Below, piece after piece: positions 39,526 through 53,600 of a stretch of DNA of 64,000 nucleotides. The position numbers were made by a program, and so were the translations under genes. Source of the DNA: Sphyrna mokarran (taxonomy: Eukaryota); contig JAGIQG010000007.1 in the NCBI GenBank assembly GCA_024679065.1, forward strand, positions 50,344,001 through 50,408,000, written 5' to 3'. Position 1 is the first letter of the stretch, and the number at the start of each line of letters is the position of its first letter. The notes under the pieces were generated by a model. That model had not been told where the DNA came from and made no database searches. It saw nothing but the letters and a program-made list of their open reading frames with translations.

Positions 39526-41105
39526 TTATTTCTAGTGGTAGAACTCAGTCAAAGATATTGTCAGTATTGTTCATATTTTTTTAAACAGTCTTATTCAGGT
39601 ATAAATTAACAAAGCTAATCATTTGTGTTTATTTCATGTATTAATTCTATTGTAGAAGCATGATGTTTACACAAGTTGACACAGTTAATACCAGCAGAAT
39701 TCACTCAGGAATATAGCCTTAGTCATTTTTTTGCCTATGGGTTGCACCAGAAAGAAAATCAATGAATTTGATTATGGATTTGTCTCTACCCAAAACCATT
39801 GCATGTAACTTTAGTCTTCTGCCCTCATCTTTGCTACTTAGTGATTTTTTAAAGAAATCAGGTAGTTTGGCTTGGATTATAGCATTAACTCAATTACAAG
39901 AGTGAGATAATCATTTTTCAAAATGCTATGAATGGAGATGAAAAAGAGACCAAATCCGTTCTGTAGCAATGGCTGAATTTATATCATATCTCTCACTGTT
40001 TGATGCTGCTTCGCCCATGGTGAGAATACTTGCCAATATAGAATTTGTTTCCTTTTAAGTATCAACAAATGATGCTTTAATCCTAAAATTAGATTAATGT
40101 TCGCAGGTACCTCATTATGGATAAAAGTCCCACTTTAACCTGATATTTTATTACAGACTGAAGGCTATTGTGTAGTCAGGCTACTCAATACAATTTTTTT
40201 TATTTTGTGACCTGCTGTGTGTCTCATTTTGTCCATCCTTTCCTGTATGCCTTCAATTGGTAAGATTTAGTGAGAGTTTTGATCAATCTTTTACAAGAGG
40301 GGTACATGAAACGTTTTGCATTCTGGCTTTGCACATTATTACAGCAAGTTCATTCTTTCTATGAAAGATGTGGATTGATGTGTTACGAGAACACAATTAT
40401 TCAAAAAAATTAATTGCTTATACATTCTATAAAGTAGTTAAAATGGATGTAATATACTGGTGAATGGAAAATAGAAATCATGATTTCTTCTACCAATTGT
40501 TAATCACTTTAAACTAATTGTGCTGCAAATATGTTCATATTTTTGAAAGAAGAGAAGTTGAACTAACGTATTGTTTTAATTGCCCATACCAATATAGGAG
40601 ATATTTGATTGAACATCCTACAAGTTCTATAGGGCCTTTTTCTTCAAAGCAATTTTAAATCCCAATAAAAATTTGTAGAATGTTCTCAAACTCCTGTGCA
40701 TGTTTTTGATGAGGATAGTGAATTAAAATTTCCACAGTAATTGTTTTAACTGTTTAAAAAAAAAAATTACCTGGTCAGTGATTTTTATTTCTTCTCTGAT
40801 CATTTTGTATTTTTTTTCTGACCATGGGTAAGATTTGCCTACCAGAGGAGAACACACTGTCCTGAAATTTGAATTATTGTTTGTATGGACAGTTAGGATA
40901 ACCACAGCACAATTCTTTGTCTAGTTTGGGTTACAGTAATTGTAAGAAATATCAGCAACTGTATCAGTATTATATGTTAGATTGTGAATCAATCATGCCC
41001 TGTATTTAACACAATCTTAAAGATAATGTTTGAGTTTGTATGTATGTGTACATGCACACATACTATATAGTCTTGCTATGAGGCATTTTCATCTTTGAAC
41101 CATGG

Positions 41106-41111
41106 AATAAA
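41106..41111 (+). promoter_or_regulatory. Candidate LPIN2 polyadenylation signal
   Basis: AATAAA followed about 25-45 nt later by a GU/U-rich tract (tgtatttttgtggttttgg), just before repeats resume. An alternative AATAAA lies at 40664-40669. Confidence 0.45.
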
Positions 41112-41149
41112 GAATGATATTAAAAACATTCATTTGTATTTTTGTGGTT

Positions 41150-42295
41150 TTGGAGTTCAACATTTGGGACAAGAACAGAGGACACTGGGAAAACTCAACA
41201 CGTCTGCCAGCATATATTAGGAGAGAAGCAGTGTTAATGTTTCAAATCCATGGGCCTTTTGGAACTATTGTAAAAAGCAGCAACTTCAAGAACAAACGAA
41301 GTGTCTGGTGAGGGAGGAGGTTTTTCATTGAGGCTATATATTTGGAATTTTTTTGAACAAATGTTTAATTGGAAGAAAATGGAGGAGGAACTTCTTCAAA
41401 GGGTGGTGAGTTCTCTGTCCATTGAAATGGTGGCAGCTACCTCGCTGAATATATTTAAGTCATGGGTAGATAGATTTCTGACAGACAAGGAAATTAAGGG
41501 TTGTGGGGGGAAAGTGGAACTGATTCACTTCAAATCAGCCATGATCTTGTTGAATGGCAGGGTAGGCTCGAAGAGCTAGATGGCCTACTCTTGCTCCTGT
41601 TTCTTATGTTCTTAAAATTGCCACACTTGACATTGAATCTGAGAGCTGCAACATGCCCAACTGGAAGATGAGATGCTGTTCCTTGAGTTTGTGCTGGACT
41701 TTACTGGAGCATTACACCAGGCCAAGAATGAATATGTGAGCATGCTGAGTTAAAATGGCAAGCTACCAGAAGACTGTGGTCATGCTTGCACACTGAGAAG
41801 ATTTTCCCCAAAGCATTCAACGACCCACTCAATGTTTAGTCTCCCCTATGTAGAGGAGACTGTTGGGAGCAGCAATAGAAATAACCAAACTGAAAGAGAT
41901 GCAAGTGAAATGCTGCTTAACCTGAAACAACTAACTGGGAGCTGAATGGTGAGGAGGTAAAGGGGCAGGTATTTCGCCTTCTCTGATTGCAAAGGAAATT
42001 GCTGTGGGAAGTGAATGCGGTGTTGAATGTGATGGAGGAATGGACCAAATTGTCACCAAGGGGGTGATCCCTACTGAATTGCTGACTTGTGGGGGTGGGG
42101 GGAGACAGATGTTTCATGGTAACATTGTGCTTTAAATGGCAATGGTGATTCTTAACTGAGGACAAGGTGGATCTTGGTTCCAGGAGGGTGGGGAAGGTGT
42201 GAGGATTGACATGTAGGAGATGGGTTGAACTTGGTTGTGTGTCCTTGTTAACCACAGGTGGGGAAAGCCCTCATTTAAGGAAAAAAGCAGACATG
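41150..42295 (-). mobile_element. Decayed Penelope-like element, with a CR1 tail (41380-41614, +) nested inside
   Basis: ORF 41917-42255 FSRDHPLGDNLVHS..FLCNQRRRNTCPFTS resembles the Cys-containing linker between RT and GIY-YIG in Penelope-like elements. Confidence 0.6.
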
Positions 42296-42944
42296 CTATA
42301 ATTGGGATGTTGTAATTTTCCAGTGCATTTTTATTTTCTTTGAGCCATGATTATATACTGAGTCAAATACCCACAGGAAGGGAAATTCAAAGATTGCTTG
42401 CTAATAAAAGTGCAGGTTTAAGTAACCCTGAAATAAACTCCTATTGCCAAAATCAGCACCAGTTGAATAATTTAAATGTGGTGCAAGATGACTAGGTGTT
42501 GGGCAAACTAGATCAGCAAAATGCAGTGTGATAAAACTATTATTGAGTTTACTCTTGCATACATTTCAACTGTTTAAAGAGGCCAATGACCAGTTAAATA
42601 TAGCTGAACTGAACAGTAAAATAACTTATTTTATATTGTGCTTTTAATTCTAAAGCTCATGGATACAATACAGAATTTGTAATCTTATTAAAAAAAAAAA
42701 CAATAAATGGGCCTAAAAATCCTGAGGCGGCTGCTCTGGGGACACTGATTCTGTTCTTAGAATGGCATCTGGTGGAATTTAAATTCAATTAATAAATTCA
42801 ATTAGCTAAATCTGGAATTGAAAGCTAGTCTTGATAATGGTGACCAGGAAACTATTATCAATTGCTGTTTTAAAAAAAAAAAAATTTATTTGGCCCTGCA
42901 GGCAAGGTAATCTATTGACCTTATCTGGTCTGGCCTACAAATTT

Positions 42945-43800
42945 TATTCCTTCATGGGATATTACTGGTAAGGTCAGATTTGTTGCCCATTCCTAATTAT
43001 GCTGGAAAATATAGTGTTGAGATGTTTTTTTAACTGTCTCACTTTAGATGGTGTAGATGCACCAACAATTCGGAAGAATGTTCCAGGATTTTGATCCACT
43101 GACAGTGAAGGAATAGCGATTTTGTTCCAAGTCAGGATGGTGTGTGACTTAGAGGTGGTGCTGTGCCCATGAAGCTTTCCTGCTAAGTGGCAAAGTTTGT
43201 TGGTTTGGAAGGTACTGGTGAAGGAGCCTTGGTGTTCCTCCATTGGTTGGAGTCATAACTAACAAAGGAAGATGGTTGAGGTTATTAGAAGCGAATCATT
43301 TTAAAAAAAAATCAATATGAGTTTCTCGAGGTAGTATACTAGCTCCAACTAGATTAGCATGTTTCAGAGTTTTCCTATAAGGTCAGAAATGGGTATGTCA
43401 TTTGTGAAACTTCAGTATCTGAAGTAGTCTGTCAATATGCATCAAGATCTGGACAACATTCAGGCTTCAGCTGATGGGGTGCAATTGTCATTTGCTATTT
43501 AAGTGCCAGGCAGTGACCGTATCCAGTAAGAGAGAATCTGATCATTTTCCTTTCTCATTCAATAGCATTGAATCCCTTAGTATCAACATCCTAGTGGACT
43601 CCATTGACCAGAAACACTACTTGGCCAACATATATTGTGGCTGTAAGAGCAGATCAAAGGCAGGGAATTCTGTAGTAACTCAATTCCTGACTTCTCTTAA
43701 GACTGACCATGTCCAAGGCAGTAGTTGGGAGCATAATGGAACACTACACTTGCTTGGATGTGTGCAGCTCCAACAACATACATGAACCTTCATATTACCT
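42945..43800 (-). mobile_element. Decayed LINE RT fragments (CR1/L2-like)
   Basis: ORF 42974-43243 HTILTWNKIAIPSL; a + strand remnant caagatctggacaacattcagg near 43443. Confidence 0.45.
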
Positions 43801-44934
43801 AAGCTCCTCAGTCACACTGACAACCACTGAGGCACAAATCATTTCCTTATGAGGCAGAAGGTTGCCAAAGATAGCATGCTGACAATCACTGACTCTTAAT
43901 GCACAAATAAGATGCACCTTAATGGCACAAGACAGTGCTTCACCTTAGTCAGAAAATGCAGCTTGAGATACACCACAGTGTGAAAAATTGCACATGCACT
44001 GATTAACATAGTGTGAGTCATATGCCTTGCTGATCAATGTCAAGAGCTACAATGAAAATAAATGCATTAATCAGTGTTAATCACTCACTTAACTCTGTGC
44101 TTTCCTGTTTCAACACATTTGTAGTTTGTCCCAGTCCTGTATAGAGAGCTATTAATGTTGCAGCAAGACATTGTTCAGTGTTCATGCCACGCCCAGGTAT
44201 TATAGTGATTTGATGTACATTATCTTTACGAGAGTGCTATCCTTCACTAGTCACAAGACAGGATGTGATGTGCAGTTCTATGATTACAGATTTAACGCAA
44301 TAGCAGCAGTATAGGTCAATGTAACTACTTGGTTAACCTTGTCTGTATGTATCCTTCAAATAAACTACATCACTGTTTTACCAATCCTTGTCATATGATT
44401 GACATGGTTTGCTTAACAGAACGCAACAGGTATCTAGAGTATTTCAGTACAGACTAAACATGTTGGAAGAAGATAATATCAATCTTACTTTATTTTTGTA
44501 ATGAAAAATGTGTCAAAGTTGATGCCTCAAAATTTAAAGATTCAGGTTAAAGACCACTATCTTGATGAAGTATAGCTGCAAGTCCCACCACTTAAGTAGC
44601 CCTACATATTTCTCAGTCAAATGAATTGGAAGCAAAATCATAGTTTCTAATACTCTGGCCATGATGTTAACAGCGGTGCTGTATAGTTTGCAATGAACAT
44701 GTTTTTCAGACATTTTCTGATGGTAACATCCCTCATTAGTTAGCAGAAAAACATGACCTTAAATTGTGGATACTGTAATGTTTTGTATAGCCTCAGAGTT
44801 CCATTTTATTAGAATGATATGCTGAATGACATCCAGCAACATTATCTTGTTCAGCTGGTAATGTTTTGTACTGGTTTGTCAATTACAAAGATCTATTACT
44901 CAAGACTGTAAAATTTGCATCTCCAATTAACGGT

Positions 44935-45215
44935 TAGGATAGCACAGTGGTTAGTGATTGTATTGCTGCTTCACAGTGCCAGGGACCCAAGGTTCAGTTC
45001 TCAGCCTGGGTCACTGCAGAGTCTGCACATGCTCCTTGGGTCTACATGGATTTTCTTTGGTGCTCTGATTTCCTCCCACAGTCTGAAAAATGTGCTGGTT
45101 AGATGCAGTGGCTGTGCTAAATTCTCCTTCAATGTACCCAAACAGGCACCAGAATGTGGCATATTAACTTCATTATAAGTGTTAATGTAAGTGACACAAA
45201 AAATGTATTGATACA
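44935..45215 (+). mobile_element. V-SINE with a non-CR1 tail
   Basis: tRNA-like head tagcacagtggttag..ggttcagttc, V core, then a tail different from the other copies. Confidence 0.65.
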
Positions 45216-46184
45216 AACTTTAATGCTTCAATTATTTCATTAATGACAAATATTGCATTATAAGAGACATGAAGTCAAAAACAAAATACAAAAAAGTTGC
45301 ATGCAGATAAACTATAATTTTCATGTTTTGTAAAGCTGGATATTAACAAACTTCTTAATAATCAGGTACAAGTTCTTTATTCAAGACATTTGAAAGGTGG
45401 CTCACTAATCTAATCTTAATGGTAACCTAGATACTTCAGATTTTTCATTTGAGAAGACCAGATCAGAGATCTTTTGATGTTAGATTGTCATCAAAAATAA
45501 TTCCAACTTTACCCTAAGTACAATAATTTTCATGTACCTATATATTTTGTGGTAGTGGGTTTTAAAATACTATTACACTTGTGTGAACATTTTATTCAGT
45601 TAGAAGTAATGTTTTTATATATTTTCTGATTCTTTAGAAAAGTTACTTTATAAAATCACACTTATGTTGATGCTTAATTGAATCAATGCATATAGATTTA
45701 TATATAATTAATAGAACTGGACATATTCCTTAAATAGCAAGAATTTCATTATAGTTTATCTCAGAGCTACAAATGTTTACATCATTCCATAGGCACAATC
45801 TGTGAACTGGATTTTTCAATTATGAATACCAGTACAAGTATACAGGATTCAAAAACAATATGTTGAAACAAAAGAAGTGGTGTTCCAATTCACTTCAAGT
45901 CAAATATTTATAGTTACAGGGTTCAAATAATCTATACTCTTTCTAGCCAAGATTAAACCAAAAGGAAAAATCTTCAGAGTTGATTTTTCAGTAGTGGTTT
46001 CCTCCAAGAGTCAGATCTGGACATATAATTTGTGGTATGCTCACTTAAAAAGGAAAGCATTCTGAATATAATGGTTAGTCTTGGGATATTATATAGGAAG
46101 TAGAGAAGTTGTGTCTGTAACCAAAAAAAGGTCAAATTCAAATGTGTGTTATATAAAATTCAAATATTTTTTGTAATTCTTTTA

Positions 46185-46350
46185 ATCGAAGAAGCCCTAC
46201 ACTATAGAAGGAGGCTTCACCAATCACAATCCCATCCCTACAACCTTGCACATTTACCCTGCTAATCAATTTAGCATAGCCCATCCACCTACCCTGAACA
46301 TCTTTGGACTGTAGGACCAAACTGGCACACCTGGAGGAAACCCACACAGA
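46185..46350 (-). mobile_element. V-SINE 3' half
   Basis: acatctttggactgtagg..cacctggaggaaacccacacag. Confidence 0.65.
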
Positions 46351-48094
46351 TGTATTGAGACTGTTTTAATAGACAAGTTTACTTAAAGCAGGTTGTTAGG
46401 TATCTAATTTATTTCTATGTGGGAGAGGGATAGAAGTTTTTCAGGACATAATTTTCAATGGATACAGAACCTCTGCAATCTCCAGTTACATTAAAGTAAA
46501 TTGCTAACAAAAAAACAATGTACCATGCAGTACATGCATTCAGAAATATTTCACTTAAGGGTGGCTGAAAATAAAGCCATGGAAACCTAAAATACACAGG
46601 ATGTAATGAATTAATTATGGATTATTGTCCACCTTCTGTGATCTCCTATAATTGAAACTGTATTTCACAAAAGTAAAGCAAAGCTCATTTTACTTGTTCC
46701 ACTTCTTTCACAAAAACGTACACCATCAACAGCACCCTCCCAACAGCACCACGGTTGTCCCACCTACTAATTAATTCAGCAAATGTTATTTGGTTGTTCA
46801 TAGGAACCACTTCTACATTGTTCACATTTCATTCTTAACATTTTCTACATCTTTGCTTTTAAAAGAATAATGTTGTTGGATGGAAAACTAATCAGCCTTG
46901 GCACTTGCTTTAATTTTTTTGGCAAAAATATATAAATTTTGTTACAGTTTAAGAAACAATGAGGGAAGGTTTCTCCTATGCTGTGTATCTCAAAGTTATA
47001 AGCAATATTGATATTCTTTTGGTATTGACATTGTTGCATATGGTATACAAAGTAATTAGTCCCTGCTTGCCTGGCTGATTGAAAGTTGAAAAGGCTAAGT
47101 TGACTGCTTACGCAATTACCCTTGCATTTATTTAATGCACACTTAGAACTGACAGGAGAAGGATAGCGAGGGCACAACAAGTTAGTTGCATTTAATTCCC
47201 CTACCTCTAGAACTAAGATGCAGCTTTATTTGTTTGATGTCTTTCTGATCCACCTTGTCTGGTGTACCTTCTCTAGCAAGAAAGTTGTTACTGTGAGCAA
47301 TATGGTAGATAAAATAGCATAGCAAAAACATCACAATTTAAATTACAATTCAAGGGCAGATTTCTCTAAAATGTACGCTGAAATCTGGTTAATAATTAAA
47401 TAATTGTACATATTTCAGTGGTAATTTAAACAGACACCTGTTTTTAGTATTATATACAATGACAAATGTGAAAATTATTCCTATCTGCCAAATTTAAGAC
47501 CAGACATTCACCTATCATATGATCAAAAATACTAAAAGAACCATCCAGATGAATGAAAGAAATGTAAAAAAAAATCAAACTCTGCCATCTTGTGTATCAT
47601 CATGCATGTAGATTGCTTTAAATTTATTAAGATTATGGGTATTACATATCAATCTATCTTCAGACTTTTATTGGCATTACCTACAAAACACTGAATAGCC
47701 TGTATTATACTGACTATTGGTAAAAGTTGCCAACAAAAGTGTAAAAGCAATATGTAAAAAGTTAGTTATAAATCCAGTGATAGGAATTAAAAGAAATGTG
47801 TGGCTACAGCCAAGTAAAAAGATTAATTTCATTCACCTTTGAAATATCTCTTTAAAAGAACCAATATATTTAGCTCCAAACTAGTAATATCATAAATCAC
47901 ATTGAGACTCATCCAGAATTCTAGCTTGGTGCAATCTGTCTTTAGCAAAGTTGAGTTGGTACTTTATAAAATATAAGTATTTTCTTTGACAATGAGTCCT
48001 GGAAATTCAGGAAAATCTACATCCTCTTCACACCTCAACTTCCTCAAGGTCAGTGTATTTTAATATTCTGGTTGACCAATGTTCTTCTAATTGG

Positions 48095-48426
48095 CTAGCT
48101 CTGAGAGGATGTTTCATATAGAAGAGTCCCACTGAAGGTTGAGTACATCTCATTTGTGTCAACTAATTTACCATCAATCACTATAACGCTAACTTCATCT
48201 TCAGCTTTAAGGTTGAGAATCAAATTGAAGACTCCAACACCTCCACAGATCTGCCTCCCTAATGAAGGTCTTTGAGATTCCAACAGTTCTATTCGATAAC
48301 CAGAAGTGTCCATCTGTATGATGCTTTGATTAGAGACTGAAAGTATAGCTTCGATGTGCTCATTCCTCTGAGGAGCAAGCACTGCAGTGATGAGATACTG
48401 TCCCTCAAAAGGGGCTGTAAATACAC
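48095..48426 (-). CDS. EMILIN2: EMILIN-2 last coding exon, gC1q domain (GVFTAPFEGQYLITAVL...EMYSTFSGTLLYETSSQS*)
   Basis: tttcag|GTGTATTT acceptor on -; C1q motifs GVFTAP and STFSG; the EMILIN-type YLITA..EAILSVSN..GYR pattern; tail-to-tail with LPIN2. Confidence 0.93.
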
Positions 48427-49079
48427 CTGAAATAAAGGAAGATAATTAAAGACAATCCATAATCAGAAACTCCTTCATATTTCTCAATCTATAGTCTTTT
48501 GAAATTCATTAAGATACTACATCACTGGGAAAAACAATCATTTCAGTTTTAATAATCAATGAGGCACCTCTTAACTTTGTGACAGTGTAACACAGGTGAT
48601 GGTGAGTCTATAATTTTACATCTCTCCTAGTTTGGCTTCAAGGAAAGAAGAATGCAAAGAGATTAAAACAGATTACCAACTCATTATCACCTGTTTGTAG
48701 CACTGCAAAACAAATGTAATGCGCTACAGCTGCTAGAAATCTAAAATAAAACCATAAAATGCTAGAAACACTAACACTCCCTTTTATTCTCTTCAACTTT
48801 GCTCTTTTTTTTCTGCCTCGTTACTTCCTTGAAAATGACTCTAATTTCTAGTGTGGTGAAAGGTCAAGATCTGAAACAGTAGGATTCTTTACTCCCACTG
48901 CAGTAAACAGAGAATTGGTTGAATACCAATTTCTCTATCTTCACTGGCAGCAATGATGGGGTGTGAATGGCCACAGAATTCTGACTATTAGTTTTATTCT
49001 TTCTCCACAGAATCTGCCAAATCTGCTGAGTCTTTCCTGCAAATTCTGCTTTCATAACTATTTTACGTCATCACATCAA

Positions 49080-49345
49080 GTCGAGATTTATCTACAGAAT
49101 GCCACATGGCCTATTGAGTCTGCATTGAACACAATTCTACTCAGTATCAAGAGGATAAGCAGGGTAAATATGAGGGGTTATGCGAATATGGTTTAAGGTA
49201 AATTCTGCATAGCCAGTCAACTTAATTTGCACATATTTGGACACCTGGAGGAAATCCATGCAGCAATAGGGAGAATGTGCAAATTCCACCCAGTCGCTGA
49301 CCCAAAGCCAGAATCGAACCCAGGTCCTCGGCACTGTGCCATCAT
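49080..49345 (-). mobile_element. V-SINE, degenerate
   Basis: gaatcgaacccagg (B box on -), ggagaatgtgcaaattccac. Confidence 0.65.
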
Positions 49346-49799
49346 GCTATATCGTCTATCTACAGCCTGAAAGTATATATTGTGCTTTTTGTTACTTCAA
49401 TTGCAAACTGATTTTGTACTTTTTCAATATATTTGTTTGTGCGTTGTAACATTCCTTGCTTGTTCCCTACTACCAGGCCATTTTCTTCCCGTGTCCTAGA
49501 TGCAGTCAATCTTTGTGTGATCCTATAACAGACATGAGAAAGCACAATGTCTACTTGTGAATCTCATCACCACAGGCTATCATTGCTGTGATGTTACAGC
49601 AAGTGATAAACATGGTGAATTTCTACATTTACTACATGAAGTAAAATACACTGCCCAAGTGCCAGATTGCAAATGCGGAGTGAAAATACTGACTTCTGAA
49701 TGTGTCTGGGCATCAGTGTTCCTTGCCATACTTATCAGGACACCTGTGATTTAGTAAGTCATTGCTTAAAATCCATGCAGTTCAAAGATTATTTTCAAG

Positions 49800-51457
49800 A
49801 GTTTAAAGTGCTGCTGGTTCCTGTATGAAATCTGAGTTTTTTCTCACTTTTTCAAATGGGAGGTCATGTTAACAAAATTGATTATTTGAGGAGGTGATCG
49901 AGTGTGTAGATGAGGGTAGTTTTTTTTTATTCATTCATGGGACATGGTCATCACTGGCTGGTCAGCATTTATTGCCTATCCCTAGTTGGTGTAGGAGGGC
50001 ACTTAAGAGCCAGCCACATTGCTATGGATCTGGAGTCACATGTAGGTTAGACAAGGTATGGATGACAGATTTCCTTCCTTAAAGACATTAGTGAACCTGA
50101 TGGGTTTTTCTGATAATTGACTGTTTCATGATCATTAGTAGGTTCATAATTCCAGATATTTATTTAATCAAATTCAAATTCCACTACCTACTGTGGCGGG
50201 ATTCGAACCCAGGTCGCCCAAGCATCAGCTGAGCGTGTGAACAATCCGTGTATCTGTCTAGCAACAACACCACTAGGCCATTGCCTCCCCTACATGCAAC
50301 TGATATAGTTTATATGGATTTCAGTGAGGTCTTAGACAAGGTTCCACATGGAATACTGTTAAGAAACATAAAAGCATACAGGATCCAGGATAACATGGTA
50401 AGATGGAGTCAAAACTGGCTTAGTGGTGAGAGACTAGTGATGATTGAGGACTGTTTGTGTGACTGGAGACCAGTGTCCAATGATGTAATTAGTGCTGGGC
50501 CCCTTATTAATTGTAATATATTATATATATATATAAGGATATAGATGAGAACATGAGGAAGAAATGATAATAAGCTTGTGGATGACAAAGATTGGCATAG
50601 TGGTTAATAGTGAGGAAGAAGGTCTCAGATTGCAAGAAGATACAGACAGGTTGATCAGATGGGCAGATCAGTGGCAAAGGGAATTTAACCCTGAAAAGTG
50701 CAAGCTAATGCACTTTGGAAGGAACAAGACAAAGGAGTACTCAACGAATGTCAGGACACCAGGAAGCTCAGAAACAGAAAGATTTGGGGGTGCTTATCCA
50801 CACACCTTTAAAGGCTGTAAAACATGTTAATAGGGTAGTTAAGAAGGCATAAGGGACATTTGCCTTTCAGTTGTGGCACTGATAAGGAGAGAAGAAACAT
50901 TATGTGGATCATACAGAACTTAGTTAGGCCACAGTTGGAGTACTGTGTGTAATTTTGATCATCTCACTACAAGGAGGTTCTGATTGCACTGGGGAGGGTG
51001 CAAAGAAAATTGACCAGGATGTTGCCAGGTGAGCAGCTGAGCAATGAAGCGAAGCTGGATAGACTCAGGTTGTTTTCTTTAGATCAGAGAAGGCTGAGGA
51101 GGGACCTGATTGAGGGATTTGGACAGGGTGGATAGGAAGCAGCTTTTCTCCTTAGTTAAAGGGCCAATAACAAGAGGGCTTAATTTTAAGGTGAGGGGCA
51201 GGAGGTTTACAGGAGATTGAAGGAATTGTTTTTCACTTGGAAAAATAATTTTTCCAATTGAGTCTGAAATGCACTGCCTGGGAGGAAGTAAAGGCAGGAA
51301 ACCTCACAGCCTTTAAAAAGTACATGGATGAATACTTGAAATGCCAACAGTCAAGGCCTCTAGGCCAAATGATGGAAAGAGTGAATAGTGTAGATTTCAT
51401 GTAGTGTTATTGGTGCAAACTTGATGGGCCAAATGGCCACTTCTGTACTGTATGACT
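49800..51457 (+). mobile_element. Decayed CR1 RT/3' fragment
   Basis: ORFs 50248-50544 and 50564-50830 (DIVYMDFS..KVPHG; WADQWQREFNPEKC). Confidence 0.88.
49920..50290 (-). mobile_element. SINE-like repeat (same family as 1440-1945) nested in a CR1 fragment
   Basis: Interrupts CR1 RT sequence between VDEGS and ATDIVYMDFS. Confidence 0.7.
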
Positions 51458-51496
51458 CTATTGTATTAAAGCTTCACAGCTGTTAATATTATGACT

Positions 51497-51810
51497 GGGT
51501 GGCACAATGATTAGCACTGCTGCCTCATAGGGCCAGGGACCTGGATTCAATTCTAGCCTCAGGTCATTGTCTGTGTGCAGTTTGCATGTATTCACTGTAT
51601 CTGTGTGGGTTTCCTGCAGGTGCTCTGGTTTCCTTCCACAGTCCAAAGATGTGTGGGTTAGGTTGATTGGCCCTGTTAAATTGATCTTAGTGTCAGATGA
51701 ATTAGCAGGGTAAATGAGGATTACGGGAATAGAGCCTAGATGGGATTGTGGTCACTACAGACTCGATGGGCTGAAGGGCCTTCTTCTACATGGATTCTAA
51801 GATTCTATGA
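51497..51810 (+). mobile_element. Full-length HE1-like V-SINE
   Basis: tRNA head, V core, gggctgaagggcct..gattctatga tail. Confidence 0.8.
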
Positions 51811-52073
51811 ATTATCAGCATCAGATAGAAGGCAAAGCACACTTTAAGGAGAGTATCAGAAAAGTCTTCAAGCCATTGAAATGAACAAGTGAAATTAATT
51901 TTAATAAGATTTGTCTATTTGCAGAATTCAGAAATAAACAGAAAACAAAAATAGGGCATTTTACTGAGGTAATAACTTTGGGACAATGTCAGAGAGTCAT
52001 ACAAACCATCAGACCTGTCAGCTCTTAATACAAGGACACAAACACAAAATCAAATCTCTGAAAGACCCCTTAC

Positions 52074-52205
52074 CTGTATTGGGATTGTAATGGTGGCCGT
52101 CATTAACTAGAACTTTGTTGAATCGGATTATCCCTGTGCTACCTACGAAAGGTTTTTTGGTTAGACCCACAGAAAAGGAAACGTACTTTTGAACAGCTTT
52201 GCTTT
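52074..52205 (-). CDS. EMILIN2: EMILIN-2 penultimate exon ([43 protein letters not shown])
   Basis: tttcag|AA...ACAG|gtaagg on -, 132 nt, phase 1-1; start of the gC1q domain. Confidence 0.93.
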
Positions 52206-52280
52206 CTGAAAAAGAACAAAGGAATGATTTTCTAAGACAGCATCATAGATGAGCAGTAGAAAAACACAGAATATAACTAT

Positions 52281-53500
52281 TATAAATATTGCACAACTTA
52301 AAGAACAGAATTCTATGGCATGAAGCACCAGTCACTTCAGTACTGTAACAGGCACCATGAAATCATGGAAAATACTGTATTATTTTGTTACATATGGTAT
52401 CTGGCCTGATATACTTAATGTTACATGTCGAAAATCTCATTCTATACAAGAGATAAGAAGCAATTAGAACATGGAAGTGACAGCAGAACATGTTTATTAA
52501 TACCTAGCAAACAAAATGGACCAGAGTCTGTAAATACGTTTTATAATCTGTGCATCTTTAAACATAGTATCCATTAAGCATTTAGCTCTGACATTGAATG
52601 ACTGGAAAGAAACTGACCTGACAGTACTAGGGGTGTGTGCGTCTGTATGTGTGAGGTGGGGTGGACTTTACCAGAGTTTCTGCTTTTGATTGTCATCAAG
52701 TCATATACACTGGAAAATGCGTATGTTACCAGTGTGAAAGAGATGTCTGCCCCAGCTAGGTAGCCCATTGCACCCCTACTGTCTAATGGGAGACATCACC
52801 AAATTGACTCACGTTGGGGTTCAGAAGCAATGCTTTCAAGAGGGGCTGAAAGAAAGAATAGAAACAAGCCTGAAGGCAACTGAACAGTGCAAAGGAAAAG
52901 CACGGACAGGAAAATCAAGCGCAATGCAAAATTTTAGCAGAGAGAGAAGTAGGAAGATAAAGTTCAAGGGAAGCAGTGATGCTATATTCAAAAGATATAA
53001 AATGTAATTGAGACAAGTTGTTACTTCTGCCTTCAGAGGTGGGAAGCCCACCTGAAAAAGAGGAAGTCCTTGGGAGGCATGGTAGCAGAGTGGTTAGCAC
53101 TGCTGCTTCACAGCTCCAGAGACCTGGGTTTGATTCCCAGCTTGGGTCACTGTCTGTGCGGAGTTACACATTCTCCTTGTGTCTGGATTTTCTTCGGGTT
53201 TCCGGTTTCCTCCCACAGTCCAAAGATGTGTGGGTTAGGTTGATTGGCCATGCTAAATTGCCCCTTAGTGTCCTGAATTGTCCCATTTTGTTTGCTAGGT
53301 ATTAATAAACATGTTCTGCTGTCACTTACATGTTCTAATTGCTCCTTATCTCTTGTATAGAATGAGGTTTTCAACATAGAATCAATATTACATCAGGCCA
53401 GATACTATACGTAACAAAATGATCAGTATTTTTCACGATTTCATAGAGTGCTTTTTACAATACTGAAGTGACTGTTCTTTAAGTTGTGCAAATATTTATA
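52281..53500. repeat. Inverted duplication, arms 52281-52519 and 53283-53500
   Basis: The arms align as reverse complements over about 220 nt with one 23-nt indel. Confidence 0.9.
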
Positions 53501-53600
53501 GGGATTAGTGGGTAAATATATAGGGGTATGGGGTAAGGCCTGGGTGGGATCAATGGGTCAAATGGCCTCTTTTGGAACTGTAGGGTTTCTATGATTCTAC
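53072..53600 (+). mobile_element. HE1-like V-SINE interrupted by an inverted duplication (53283-53500)
   Basis: Head and V core at 53072-53277; the tail resumes at 53501 (gggattagtgggtaaat...ttctatgattcta). Confidence 0.8.
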
